DNA of 64,000 nt from Candidatus Moraniibacteriota bacterium (GCA_036845785.1 DAIUDF010000003.1:475-64474); one strand, 5' to 3'; shown: positions 39,379 to 48,982, counted from the stretch's first letter. Notes: generated from the letters alone by a model not told the origin. Made by a program: numbers and translations.

Positions 39379-42300
39379 ATGCAATTTTTCAAATCTAAAA
39401 CTGAAGATCCGAATAAATCGGAAGTAAAATCCGGCGATTTGACGTATTTGGAAAAGCTCAAATTCGATCCGGAACTCAAAAAATCCTGGTTTTATTTTTT
39501 CATTAAAAATTTCCGTGTTGTTATCTTGCTGATTTTGCTTCTGGCGGGGTGGGGGATTTTTTCCTTCATTCAACTTCCCTTGGAATCATCACCTGAAGTA
39601 AAAATTCCGGTTGCACTTATCACAACGTCCTATCCCGGGGCATCGCCTGCGGACGTAGAAGAATTGGTGACAAAAAAAGTGGAAACCAATATTTCCGGAA
39701 TTTCAGGCGTAGACAAGATAACCTCATATTCTTCGAATTCATTTTCTTCAGCAATAGTCCAATTCTATGCCGATCAAGATGTTGATGATTCAATCAGGCG
39801 TTTGCGCGATAAATTGGCGGACATAAAAAATGACCTGCCTGAAGATGCCAATGATCCCGTACTGACTGAAATTTCATTGGATGATTCTCCGATTGCCAAT
39901 TTTTCACTTACCGGACCGTATGACAGTTTTACCATGCGCGGTTTTGCTGAAGATATCCAGGACGAGTTGGAAAAAATTCCCGGTGTGCGCGAAGTCAGTG
40001 TTTCCGGTGGAGACCAAAAAGAATTTTTGGTTTCCTATGATCCGCAGAAGCTGACATTCTATGGCACGACAGTGACTGCGGCCAATCAAAAAATTGCTGC
40101 AACCAATAGCACTATTCCGGCTGGAAATTTTGAAGGCACTAAATTCAATTATCCCGTGCGCGCCGATGCGAAGTTTTTTGATATTGAGTCATTAAGAAAT
40201 ATTCCGATCCTCCACACCGGCAATGGAGGCATGGTGTACCTTAAAGATATTGCGGAAGTAAAAGAAACTGCCATTGAAAAAACCGTTATTTCCAGACTTT
40301 CCGCGGAAGGATCTGCGCCACAAGACGCAATCACGATTCAAATTGTAAAAAGAACCGGCAGTTCCATTTTGGATATAGTCGACGAGTCCAAAAAAGTGAC
40401 CGAAGATATGCTGAAAACTTTCCCGTCGGGCATAATCTATTCCGTAACCTTGAATCAGGCTGACCAGATAAATCAGGATTTTAATCAGCTTATTCACGAT
40501 TTCATCCTGACATTGATGCTTGTTATAGGAGTTTTGATTCTTATTGTCGGACTTAAAGAAGCTTTCATAGCCGGCCTAGCGATTCCTTTGGTATTTTTCA
40601 TTACTTTCGGAGTGATGCAGATAACCGGCATATCTCTTAATTTTCTCTCTATTTTTTCTCTGCTTCTTTCTTTAGGACTTCTGGTTGACGATGCCATCGT
40701 GGTTGTTTCAGCTACCAAGCAATATATGAAAACGGGAAAGTACACGCCGGAAGAAGCTGTGCTCTTGGTTCTTAAAGATTTCAAAGTAGTGCTTCTAACC
40801 ACCACGCTGGCGACCGTCTGGGCTTTTCTGCCGCTTCTTCTGGCAAGCGGAATTATTGGAGAATTCATCAAATCGATACCGATCACCGTTTCAGTCACAC
40901 TTATCGCTTCTCTTTTGGTGGCCTTGGTAATAAATATTCCGTTGGCGTCAGTTTTGGAACGTTTAAGACTGACTAAGAAATTTTTTGTCTCAGTCATTGT
41001 TGCGCTTGTGGCGGTCGGAGTTTTCAGCATAACGCGGCATGCCGTTTGGGGTTATATTTTTTCTGCCATTTTTTTCGCAGTCATAGTGTTGATGCTTCTT
41101 TGGTATTTTAGAAACGGAAAAAATGTTTTGGAAAAAAACAAGCAGCTTGCTGATGAAGAACAAGAAGATGAAGAATTGATAAAATACAAGCTTAGAACAC
41201 AAGGCGATCGGGAATCTGCCACGCTGAAAAGCAGGATTATGCACGGAGTAATACATTTCGATCGCATCCTTCCGGTTTATGAAAAATATTTAAGAATGAT
41301 TCTGGCTACAAAAAAAAGACGCCTGACTGTTATTTTTGGAATACTCGCTATTTTTATATTAGCCTGCCTGCTTCCTGCAACAGGGATCTTAAAATCTGAA
41401 TTTTTTCCGACTTCCAATATGGACAGCATTTCAATCGGCATTCGCGGACCTTCCGGCCTAACACTTTCCGAAATGGATCCTATAACAAAAAAAGTCGAAG
41501 AAAAACTTCTCAAATATCCGGAAATTGTAAACTTTTCAACGCTGGTCGGAAATCCGGGAACCATAGCATCCTTTACTTCAGGCACGAGTTCCAACACCGC
41601 TTCAATTTCGATCAAATTGACTCCGACTACTGATAAATCCAGAATTACATCCTATGATCTGGCCGACAAGATTCGTGATGATGTTGCGGATATACAAGGG
41701 GCGACAATTACAATATCCACTCCGAAAGGCGGACCCACTTCAGGCAGTGCTTTTCAGGCACAAGTTGCAGGTGATGATCTGCAAATGTTGGATAAAATTG
41801 CCAATGATCTTAAACCGATTCTCGATTCAATCCCGGGAGTTATAAACAGTGACATCTCACTTAAAGATGCACCGGCTGAATATACTTTCAAACTTGATCC
41901 TGTAAAAATGGAATTTTATGATTTGACTGCGGCATCTGTCGGCAGCGCTCTGCGCATGGCAATTTCGGGAACAGAAGTGACGACCATAATTTTAAACAAC
42001 AAGGATATTGATGTTGTCGCTGATTTTAAGGCAGACAAAATTCCAACACTTGAATCAATCCAGAATCTTCAAATTCTGAACAATGCGGGAAAACCGGTAT
42101 ATATCAAAGATGTTGCTAAAATTGAACTTCTGCCTTCAGTCGTATCCATCAGCAGAATTAACCAAAAAAGAACCGTACTTTTGACCTCAGACGTGAGTGG
42201 AAAAACAAATGCGACTGAATTCCTCGCTGAGTTTCAAAAAAAGCTGGCGGAAAAATACACTCTTCCTGATGGATATGAAATCACTTACGGAGGAGAAAAC

Positions 42301-42810
42301 GAACAAAGTACGGAATCAGTCAAATCAATCATGCTCGCGATGATAATTGCATTTATTCTTATCTTTTCAACTATGGTTGTGCAATTCAATTCATTTAGAA
42401 AAGCCGCGATTGTTCTAGTGACTTTGCCACTGGCGCTTATCGGTGTTTTCATAGGGATGACTGTTTTTGGAATTTCACTCAGTTTCCCGGGGCTTGTTGG
42501 AATTCTGGCACTTTTCGGAATCGTGGTAAAAAACGCCATTATTTTGATTGATAAGATAAATCTGAACATAAAAATAGGCATTCCTTTTCAGGAATCTGTC
42601 ATTGATGCCGGCAAGTCCAGGCTGGAAGCGATTTTTATAACTTCCATTTGTACGATTATGGGTCTTATTCCCATCACGCTTTCCAGCGAGCTTTGGCGCG
42701 CTCTCGGTAGCGTAGTCATCTTTGGGCTTTTGCTTTCTTCTTTTCTGACGCTTTTTGTTGTGCCGGTTCTTTTCACTACTTTCGTGAAAGAAAGGGATAA
42801 GAGAGAATAA
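39379..42810 (+). CDS. Efflux RND transporter permease (AcrB/HAE family)
   Basis: 1143 aa with two 6-TM bundles and large periplasmic loops. Confidence 0.85.
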   Translation: MQFFKSKTEDPNKSEVKSGDLTYLEKLKFDPELKKSWFYFFIKNFRVVILLILLLAGWGIFSFIQLPLESSPEVKIPVALITTSYPGASPADVEELVTKKVETNISGISGVDKITSYSSNSFSSAIVQFYADQDVDDSIRRLRDKLADIKNDLPEDANDPVLTEISLDDSPIANFSLTGPYDSFTMRGFAEDIQDELEKIPGVREVSVSGGDQKEFLVSYDPQKLTFYGTTVTAANQKIAATNSTIPAGNFEGTKFNYPVRADAKFFDIESLRNIPILHTGNGGMVYLKDIAEVKETAIEKTVISRLSAEGSAPQDAITIQIVKRTGSSILDIVDESKKVTEDMLKTFPSGIIYSVTLNQADQINQDFNQLIHDFILTLMLVIGVLILIVGLKEAFIAGLAIPLVFFITFGVMQITGISLNFLSIFSLLLSLGLLVDDAIVVVSATKQYMKTGKYTPEEAVLLVLKDFKVVLLTTTLATVWAFLPLLLASGIIGEFIKSIPITVSVTLIASLLVALVINIPLASVLERLRLTKKFFVSVIVALVAVGVFSITRHAVWGYIFSAIFFAVIVLMLLWYFRNGKNVLEKNKQLADEEQEDEELIKYKLRTQGDRESATLKSRIMHGVIHFDRILPVYEKYLRMILATKKRRLTVIFGILAIFILACLLPATGILKSEFFPTSNMDSISIGIRGPSGLTLSEMDPITKKVEEKLLKYPEIVNFSTLVGNPGTIASFTSGTSSNTASISIKLTPTTDKSRITSYDLADKIRDDVADIQGATITISTPKGGPTSGSAFQAQVAGDDLQMLDKIANDLKPILDSIPGVINSDISLKDAPAEYTFKLDPVKMEFYDLTAASVGSALRMAISGTEVTTIILNNKDIDVVADFKADKIPTLESIQNLQILNNAGKPVYIKDVAKIELLPSVVSISRINQKRTVLLTSDVSGKTNATEFLAEFQKKLAEKYTLPDGYEITYGGENEQSTESVKSIMLAMIIAFILIFSTMVVQFNSFRKAAIVLVTLPLALIGVFIGMTVFGISLSFPGLVGILALFGIVVKNAIILIDKINLNIKIGIPFQESVIDAGKSRLEAIFITSICTIMGLIPITLSSELWRALGSVVIFGLLLSSFLTLFVVPVLFTTFVKERDKRE

Positions 42811-42944
42811 AAATCAAGAAATAAAAGATAAAAAAGCAATAATCGCTTATCTTTTTAGGAAAATTAATAAAAAACAAGGTCTATGAATCTTGTTTTTTAT
42901 TTTTAACATGTATTTATTTCTCCAAATATGATATACTAAATAAT

Positions 42945-43517
42945 ATGAAATTCAACAAAGAAACTTTTGAAATTATTTTTTTTGCGCGTGGCGGGCAGGG
43001 TGCCAAGACGGCTTCTGAGCTGATTGCGCACGCGGCAGTTTTGGAAGGGAAATATGTCAAAGCTTTCCCCTTTTTCGGGCCGGAAAGATCAGGGGCGCCG
43101 ACTAAAATGTTTTTGAGAGTTTCTGAAGAACCGATCCGCACGCAGGAGCCGATTATTGATCCGGATGCGGTGGTGGTGCTGGATGAAACAGTCATAGACT
43201 GTCAGGATGTTGTCAAAAATTTGGATCGCCATGAATCGCTGATCGTAAATTCGAAAAGAACTCCCGAAGAAATCCGTAAAAAAATCCCGCATTTTGAGGG
43301 AAGGATTCACACGATTGATGCCAGTGACATAGCCCTTAGAATTGCCGGCAATCCAAATCCAAATATGGTTCTGATGGGACAATTGATAAAAGTGACCGAA
43401 ATTATTAAATTGGAAAATGCCATGCGTATTTTCAGGGAAGTTTTTACGCCGAAAATCGGAAAAGAACTGACGGAAAAAACTGTGCAAGCTATGAAGGTAG
43501 GATATGATGAACTGTAA
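42945..43517 (+). CDS. porG: Pyruvate/2-oxoacid:ferredoxin oxidoreductase gamma subunit
   Basis: FFARGGQGAKTASELIAHAA matches the PorG family, and it is the first gene of the por operon. Confidence 0.85.
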   Translation: MKFNKETFEIIFFARGGQGAKTASELIAHAAVLEGKYVKAFPFFGPERSGAPTKMFLRVSEEPIRTQEPIIDPDAVVVLDETVIDCQDVVKNLDRHESLIVNSKRTPEEIRKKIPHFEGRIHTIDASDIALRIAGNPNPNMVLMGQLIKVTEIIKLENAMRIFREVFTPKIGKELTEKTVQAMKVGYDEL

Positions 43518-43593
43518 AAAACAGATTTAACACGGAAGAAAACAGAATAAACACAGATACACAGAATTTTTCTGTGTCATTCCGTAAGTTTCT

Positions 43594-43887
43594 GTGTTAT
43601 TCTGTGATAGCAATATGGAAAAAGGAGCGACAATCAAACATGATCCGAAAAATTCTCCAAAGACGGGGGATTGGAAATTTATGAAACCGGAAGTTGATGC
43701 TTCCAAGTGTATTGGTTGTGGCACATGCGTGGCTCATTGTCCGGAAGCGGTCATTGAACTCATAGAACGTCAAAACGTCAAAACGTCAAAACGTCAAAAA
43801 TTGGCCGAAATTGATCAGGAATATTGCAAAGGTTGTGGAGTCTGCGCCCAAGTATGTCCCTTGCGGGCCATCACTATGAAGAAATAG
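43594..43887 (+). CDS. porD: Pyruvate:ferredoxin oxidoreductase delta subunit (2x[4Fe-4S] ferredoxin)
   Basis: CIGCGTCVAHCP and CKGCGVCAQVCP. An in-frame acgtcaaa x~3.75 tandem repeat (43767-43798) lies between the two cluster motifs. Confidence 0.85.
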   Translation: MLFCDSNMEKGATIKHDPKNSPKTGDWKFMKPEVDASKCIGCGTCVAHCPEAVIELIERQNVKTSKRQKLAEIDQEYCKGCGVCAQVCPLRAITMKK

Positions 43888-43911
43888 ATTTCTTCATAGT
43901 GAGTATTTAGT

Positions 43912-44307
43912 ATGTGGTATATAGTATTTTGTATGGAATATAAAAAAACAAAGATAAAGTCATTTACTGATTTAGAAGCATGGAAAGAAGGACATCGGTT
44001 AGTGCTTGCTGTTTATAAAGAAACACAAAAATTTCCCAAAGAAGAATCCTTTGGTTTAACAAGTCAAATGAGAAGAGCTGCTGTTTCAATTACATCAAAT
44101 ATTGCAGAAGGATTTAGCAGAAACACATCAAAAGATAAATATCAGTTTTATTCAATGGCTCATGGTTCTTTAACCGAACTACAAAATCAATTAATTATAG
44201 TTCGAGATATAGAATATTTAGAGAAGGAAAATTTTAATAAAATAGCACAGCAAACAATTACTGTTGCAAAACTTCTCTGCGGCTTAAAAAGAATTAAAAA
44301 TCAATGA
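43912..44307 (+). CDS. Four-helix-bundle protein (23S rRNA intervening-sequence protein family, TIGR02436-like)
   Basis: The family pattern is present (…LEAWKEGHRLVLAVYKET…SQMRRAAVSITSNIAEGFSR…). It is inserted between porD and porA. Confidence 0.75.
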   Translation: MWYIVFCMEYKKTKIKSFTDLEAWKEGHRLVLAVYKETQKFPKEESFGLTSQMRRAAVSITSNIAEGFSRNTSKDKYQFYSMAHGSLTELQNQLIIVRDIEYLEKENFNKIAQQTITVAKLLCGLKRIKNQ

Positions 44308-44317
44308 AAAAAAATAC

Positions 44318-44347
44318 CAAATACCAAATACCAAATACCAAATACTT
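44318..44347. repeat. (aaatacc)x4 heptamer array upstream of the porA start
   Basis: aaataccaaataccaaataccaaataccaaatact, read from the sequence. Confidence 0.6.
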
Positions 44348-44363
44348 ATCGCGCGTGCGCGCG

Positions 44364-45500
44364 ATGAACGGTGGTTATGCTATGGCGGAAGCGTTGCGGC
44401 AGATTCAGGCTGATGTGATGGCAGTCTATCCGATCACGCCGCAAACGACAATCATTGAAACTTATGCCCGCATGAAAGCCGATGGCAAAGTGGCAACGGA
44501 AATTGTCCAGGTTGAATCGGAACATAGTGCTATGAGTGCCACGATTGGCGCAGCCGCCGCGGGCGTCCGAGCTGTGACAGCCACCAGCTCTCAAGGGCTT
44601 CTCTATATGGCCGAACTTTTGCCGGTAGCTAGCGGACTTCGATTGCCGGTTGTGATGTGCGTAAGCTCCAGAGCACTCAGCGCCCCGATTAATATTCATG
44701 GTGAACACGGTGATGTGATGGCGGTGCGGGATTTGGGCTGGATTCAGATTTTTGCCGAGAATGTGCAGGAAGCCTACGACAATGTCATTATGGCGACAAA
44801 ATTGGCGGAAACTGTTGATTTGCCGGTCATGCCGATTATGGACGGATTTCACACTTCACACACAACGGAAAGGATTGAAATTTGCGATGATAAAGATATT
44901 AAAAATTTTGTGGGAAAAAAGAAAGCCGAGCAGTCTCTCCTAGATTTTAAAAATCCTGTCACCTTCGGTCCAGTGGCTCTTCAAAATTCATATTTTGAAT
45001 TCAAAATCGATCAGGAGGAAGCGATGCAAAAAGCCAAAAACGAATACAAAAAAATCTGCGCGGAATATAAAAAAATATCCGGCAGGAAACACGGATTTTT
45101 TGAAGAGTATAAACTGGATGATGCGGATTCAGCTATTGTGATTATGGGGGCAACTTCGGAAACAGCTAAGGTCGTTGTGGATAATCTCCGAGCTAAAGGC
45201 GAAAAAGTCGGACTTTTGAAAATAAATTTATATCGTCCGTTTCCATATAAAGAAGTCGGCAGGGAACTTGCGCATATCAAGAAAATTGCAGTTTTGGACA
45301 GAGCGATTTCTTTCGGAGCCTATCCGCCGCTCTATCAAGACATAACCGTCAGTATGCAGCATGCAGGCAGCCACAAATATGAGATTGCCAGCTATATCTA
45401 TGGACTGGGTGGTCGCGACACTTTGCAAAAAGATATTGAAAAAGTTTTCAAAGACCTGGAAGATGGGGAAATTTCCAATAAGATTAAATATCTCAAATAA
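44364..45500 (+). CDS. porA: Pyruvate:ferredoxin oxidoreductase alpha subunit
   Basis: MNGGYAMAEAL… is a typical PorA N-terminus. The start is set at ATG 44364, because the upstream track extension is translated from the heptamer array. Confidence 0.85.
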   Translation: MNGGYAMAEALRQIQADVMAVYPITPQTTIIETYARMKADGKVATEIVQVESEHSAMSATIGAAAAGVRAVTATSSQGLLYMAELLPVASGLRLPVVMCVSSRALSAPINIHGEHGDVMAVRDLGWIQIFAENVQEAYDNVIMATKLAETVDLPVMPIMDGFHTSHTTERIEICDDKDIKNFVGKKKAEQSLLDFKNPVTFGPVALQNSYFEFKIDQEEAMQKAKNEYKKICAEYKKISGRKHGFFEEYKLDDADSAIVIMGATSETAKVVVDNLRAKGEKVGLLKINLYRPFPYKEVGRELAHIKKIAVLDRAISFGAYPPLYQDITVSMQHAGSHKYEIASYIYGLGGRDTLQKDIEKVFKDLEDGEISNKIKYLK

Positions 45501-45671
45501 AAATGGACGATCAATCTCAAAAAGAAGCAATACAAAAAATTGAAGAAATACATCAAAAATGCAAAGAAGATCTATTAAAATTGCAGGAAGAACAGAATGC
45601 CGTAATTGGTGAATTTATTGCCGAATGCGAAAAAAATAAGATGGAGGAGTTAAGAAATAAGCTCGAATAAT

Positions 45672-46946
45672 ATGCCAATAGGAGAAAAATTTCCAGATAA
45701 TATTGAAAATACAGCAAATATCGAAACGCTTCCCTCTGAAAAAGAAAGCCGGAAAATTGAGAGTCTTCCTGATGTGCCAGAGTTTGCTGAAGAAAAAATT
45801 TCCGATCTTGATGATGGAAAAAATGAAATTGAAAATTCTGGTAAGACAGAAGCTGAACGAATACAAGAAATGTATCAACCAAATGCAAGTCTTTCTGAAA
45901 AATACAGAAAATTGATCGGCGAATTTGCAGCACGAAGCAGAGAAATTGCAGATAGGGCAAAAACAGGAATTAAAGAAGCGGCCAAGGGAGTTGTTATTGG
46001 CGGCATGTTGGCAGCAACAGCTGGGATTGCAGAAGGAAATGTATTAGAAAAACCATCCGGAAAAAAGCAAGAAGGAGTTAAAATTGAAGAAATAAATACA
46101 AATATTGCGGTTGAAAAAAGTAAAGTAAAAATAGAAGAAGTTGAGAAAAGAGAAAATCATGCATCAGAAATAGCAGAAAAAATAAGGCAGGAATTGATAG
46201 AACATTATAGCAGTAAAGAGTACCTGGATAGATTAATAGTTGAATTTGGAGGAAAAGAAGAAAGAGCCAAAGAGGTGCAGTTAGAAAGAGTGGAAAATTT
46301 AAAAACAGTTGAAATAGATACATCTCTTAGTTATGCAGAATTTGCAGATAAAATAAAATCTGAAAAGACAAATGCAGATGGAATAAAAGACATTTTCTTA
46401 ATAACGGGCGTATATAATGAAAAAGTAAGAGTGCCTTATGATATTGATAAAAAAATCAAGGAAGCAAAAATCTTAATTAACCAGCTGAAAACGATCAAGG
46501 GTGTTAAAATAACTGATGAAATTAAAAAAATAGCGGAAAATGAACTCGATATGTCTTTGGAAAGTATATTAAGACATGAAATTACGCATGCTGTTACTGG
46601 AGAATACGGGGAAATGTCAAATAGTTCAATTGAAATTTTAAAAAGATCATATATGCGGTCAGGAAATAAGGCAGATAAATATTTTGGGAATCCCTTGGAA
46701 TTATTAGAAAGAAAAAAGGCCATGGATAGGGAAATGGAAAAATTAGGCATAAAAAAATATAGTGAAGAGTTTATTCCAGAAAAACACTATCATGAAGTAA
46801 TGGATGCATATAGACAAGGTTTATTCTCGAAAGATGCAAAGGAGTTTATATCAATCATTGAACAAGATCCAAATGTTTACAAAAAAATTTTTGATGAAAT
46901 AGCGGATAATAAAAACATAGATTCAGAATCAATAAAACCAGCTTAA
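45672..46946 (+). CDS. Hypothetical membrane-anchored protein with an HExxH motif (possible zincin/SprT-like metallopeptidase)
   Basis: An acidic N-terminus, a TM helix (VVIGGMLAATAGIAEG) and LRHEITHAV…E. It is inserted between porA and porB. Confidence 0.4.
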   Translation: MPIGEKFPDNIENTANIETLPSEKESRKIESLPDVPEFAEEKISDLDDGKNEIENSGKTEAERIQEMYQPNASLSEKYRKLIGEFAARSREIADRAKTGIKEAAKGVVIGGMLAATAGIAEGNVLEKPSGKKQEGVKIEEINTNIAVEKSKVKIEEVEKRENHASEIAEKIRQELIEHYSSKEYLDRLIVEFGGKEERAKEVQLERVENLKTVEIDTSLSYAEFADKIKSEKTNADGIKDIFLITGVYNEKVRVPYDIDKKIKEAKILINQLKTIKGVKITDEIKKIAENELDMSLESILRHEITHAVTGEYGEMSNSSIEILKRSYMRSGNKADKYFGNPLELLERKKAMDREMEKLGIKKYSEEFIPEKHYHEVMDAYRQGLFSKDAKEFISIIEQDPNVYKKIFDEIADNKNIDSESIKPA

Positions 46947-46960
46947 AAATATAATGAATT

Positions 46961-47884
46961 ATGAATAAAGATCTCACTAAAAAATTAGCTCCTGGTCATG
47001 CGACTTGCGCAGGCTGCGGAATACCGGCGATTGTGCGAACAGTGCTTGACGCGACTGACGAACCAATCATTGTTTCCAATGCGACGGGTTGCTTGGAAGT
47101 GACGACTACGATTTATCCCAACACATCTTGGAAGGTGCCATATATCCATAGCGCTTTTGGCAATGCGGCAGCAACAGCGTCGGGAATTGATGCAGCGCAA
47201 AAGGCTTTAATGAAAAAGTCCGCCAAAGGCGGATCCGCCTCAGGCGGAAAAGCAAAAATAATTGCCTTTGGTGGTGACGGGGGAACCTATGACATTGGTC
47301 TCCAAGCTCTTTCTGGCGCGCTGGAACGCGGCCATGATTTTCTCTATGTGTGTTATGACAATGAAGGCTATATGAACACCGGTTGCCAAAGATCGGGAGC
47401 CACACCCTATGGTGCCAATACGGAAACGCAGCCGGCTGGCACGCAGTCTTTTGGCAAAGACAAGCAAAGAAAAGATTTGATGGAAATCGTCAAAGCGCAT
47501 GGAATCAAATATTTAGCGCAAGCCAACGCGGCCTATCTGGCTGATCTTAAAAAGAAAGCCAAAAAAGCTTTGGAAACTCCGGGACCATCATTTCTTCTGG
47601 TGCTTCAGCCTTGCACCAGTCTCTGGCGTTTTCCAACTTCGGATTATGTTAAAGTCGGAAAGTTAGCGACGGAAACCAATTTTTGGCCGCTCTATGAAGT
47701 GGAAGACGGGAATTACGTAATTAATTACGTACCTAAAGAAAAAAAACCGATTGAAGAATTTCTGAAAATTCAAGGACGTTTCAAACATCTTTTTAGCGAT
47801 AAAAATAAAGAAGTTATTAAACAAATACAGCAGGATGTGGATGGGAACTTTGAGAAGCTTCAGAAAAAAGTATCTAGTATCTAG
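46961..47884 (+). CDS. porB: Pyruvate:ferredoxin oxidoreductase beta subunit (TPP-binding)
   Basis: GHATCAGCG and GGDGGTYDIG TPP/Fe-S motifs. Confidence 0.85.
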   Translation: MNKDLTKKLAPGHATCAGCGIPAIVRTVLDATDEPIIVSNATGCLEVTTTIYPNTSWKVPYIHSAFGNAAATASGIDAAQKALMKKSAKGGSASGGKAKIIAFGGDGGTYDIGLQALSGALERGHDFLYVCYDNEGYMNTGCQRSGATPYGANTETQPAGTQSFGKDKQRKDLMEIVKAHGIKYLAQANAAYLADLKKKAKKALETPGPSFLLVLQPCTSLWRFPTSDYVKVGKLATETNFWPLYEVEDGNYVINYVPKEKKPIEEFLKIQGRFKHLFSDKNKEVIKQIQQDVDGNFEKLQKKVSSI

Positions 47885-47950
47885 TATCTAGTATCTAGTA
47901 TTTAGTATTAATGCAAAAATACCAAATACTTTATACAAAATACATAATAC
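47869..47950. repeat. Heptamer array with dyad arrangement: (agtatct)x3-agtattt on one arm, then aaaatacc aaatact… on the other
   Basis: Read from the sequence. It overlaps the last codons of porB. Confidence 0.55.
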
Positions 47951-47962
47951 TATTTATAATGC

Positions 47963-47991
47963 TTGCAAAAAAGGCTCAAATAAGCTAAGAT
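47963..47991 (+). promoter_or_regulatory. Candidate tRNA-Thr promoter (TTGCAA-N17-TAAGAT)
   Basis: The hexamers lie 9 nt upstream of the tRNA 5' end. Confidence 0.35.
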
Positions 47992-48000
47992 AAGGCCTAT

Positions 48001-48073
48001 GCCGATGTAGCTCAGCTGGTAGAGCAATGCACTCGTAACGCATAGGTCGCCGGTTCAATCCCGGCCATCGGCT
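48001..48073 (+). tRNA. tRNA-Thr (anticodon CGT), CCA not encoded
   Basis: Acceptor gccgatg/catcggc, D-arm gctc…gagc, anticodon stem atgca/cgcat with loop ctCGTaa, and T-arm gccgg-ttcaatc-ccggc. Confidence 0.85.
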
Positions 48074-48123
48074 CATGCAAAAAAGGTCATCAGCTTGCCC
48101 CGTAGCGAAACGAAGTTTCTGCT

Positions 48124-48152
48124 TCCGGGGTTCAATCCTGATAGGTGGCTCA
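48124..48152 (+). pseudogene. Duplicated tRNA 3'-end fragment (tccggggttcaatcctgataggtggctca, about 22/29 identical to the tRNA-Thr T-arm/acceptor 3' half)
   Basis: Aligned by eye to 48045-48075. It does not fold into a full cloverleaf. Confidence 0.45.
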
Positions 48153-48159
48153 AAATAAG

Positions 48160-48231
48160 TAAGTATTCTGTATATGGTATATCGTATTTTGTATAAATAC
48201 GAAATACTAGATACGAGATACAAAATACTAA
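48160..48231. repeat. Heptamer-array element ending at the ZIP start codon
   Basis: …ggtatatcgtattttgtat aaatacg aaatact agatacg agataca aaatact. It is paralogous to 34511-34582. Confidence 0.6.
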
Positions 48232-48978
48232 ATGGAAGTTTGGCTCTATACAATTATAAGCGTTTTGATTGTCAGTCTTATCTCTTTGATAGGCATTTTT
48301 ATTTTTTCCTGGAAGCATGAAAATGTGCACAAAGCGCTCATTTTTTTGGTCAGTTTTGCCGCCGGCACGCTTTTGGGCGACGCGTTCATTCATCTTATTC
48401 CCGAAGCCATGGAAAATGGCAAGATTAGCGTGCCCATTTTTATTTTGCTGGGTTTTATGATATTTTTTGCGCTGGAAAAAATAATTCATTGGCGGCATTG
48501 TCATGAAATAGAATGTGAAGAACACAATAAAACATTTTCGTATATTATAATGTTTGGAGATGCAATCCATAATCTGATTGACGGAATCATTATTGCGGCC
48601 AGCTATTTAGTTAGCATCCCAGTGGGCATCGCTACGACTTTGGCGGTGGTTATGCATGAAATTCCTCAGGAAATTGGCGATTTTGGATCACTAATATATG
48701 CAGGCTTTACTAAAAAGAAAGCATTGGCGTATAATTTCATATCAGCCTCGACCGCATTTTTTGGTGCAATAGGCGCGTTGACAATAAGCGCGAATGTCAA
48801 AGGTTTTGCCGATGCCTTGGTGCCGATTGCGGCCGGAGGGTTCATCTATATTGCCAGTGCGGATATGATTCCGGAATTGCACAAGCATGGAAAGGAAAAA
48901 ATAGGACATTCAGTTTGGCAGCTTATTTTTATGGGGCTGGGAATCGCTGTAATGGCAGCTCTCTTATTTTTAGAATAA
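48232..48978 (+). CDS. ZIP family metal (zinc) transporter
   Basis: An 8-TM protein with the HEIPQEIGDFG signature. Confidence 0.8.
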   Translation: MEVWLYTIISVLIVSLISLIGIFIFSWKHENVHKALIFLVSFAAGTLLGDAFIHLIPEAMENGKISVPIFILLGFMIFFALEKIIHWRHCHEIECEEHNKTFSYIIMFGDAIHNLIDGIIIAASYLVSIPVGIATTLAVVMHEIPQEIGDFGSLIYAGFTKKKALAYNFISASTAFFGAIGALTISANVKGFADALVPIAAGGFIYIASADMIPELHKHGKEKIGHSVWQLIFMGLGIAVMAALLFLE

Positions 48979-48982
48979 ATTT

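Noticed and set aside
45503-45670. 55-aa coiled-coil ORF (MDDQSQKEAIQKIEEIHQKCKEDLL…) between porA and the HExxH protein as a confident gene
   Set aside because: It is below the track threshold, is low-complexity Lys/Glu-rich, and has no homology signal. It is mentioned only as a possible part of the inserted module.
43767-47905. CRISPR array among the tandem repeats (octamers in porD, heptamer arrays, (agtatct)x3)
   Set aside because: The units are 7-8 nt with no spacers. CRISPR repeats are 24-48 nt, separated by unique spacers.
48076-48152. A second complete tRNA gene downstream of tRNA-Thr
   Set aside because: The acceptor and T-stems do not pair into a cloverleaf. Only the 3' ~29 nt resemble a tRNA.
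47954-48570. Minus-strand ORFs 47954..48253 and 48073..48570
   Set aside because: They overlap tRNA-Thr and run antisense to the well-supported ZIP transporter. They are AT-rich antisense artefacts.
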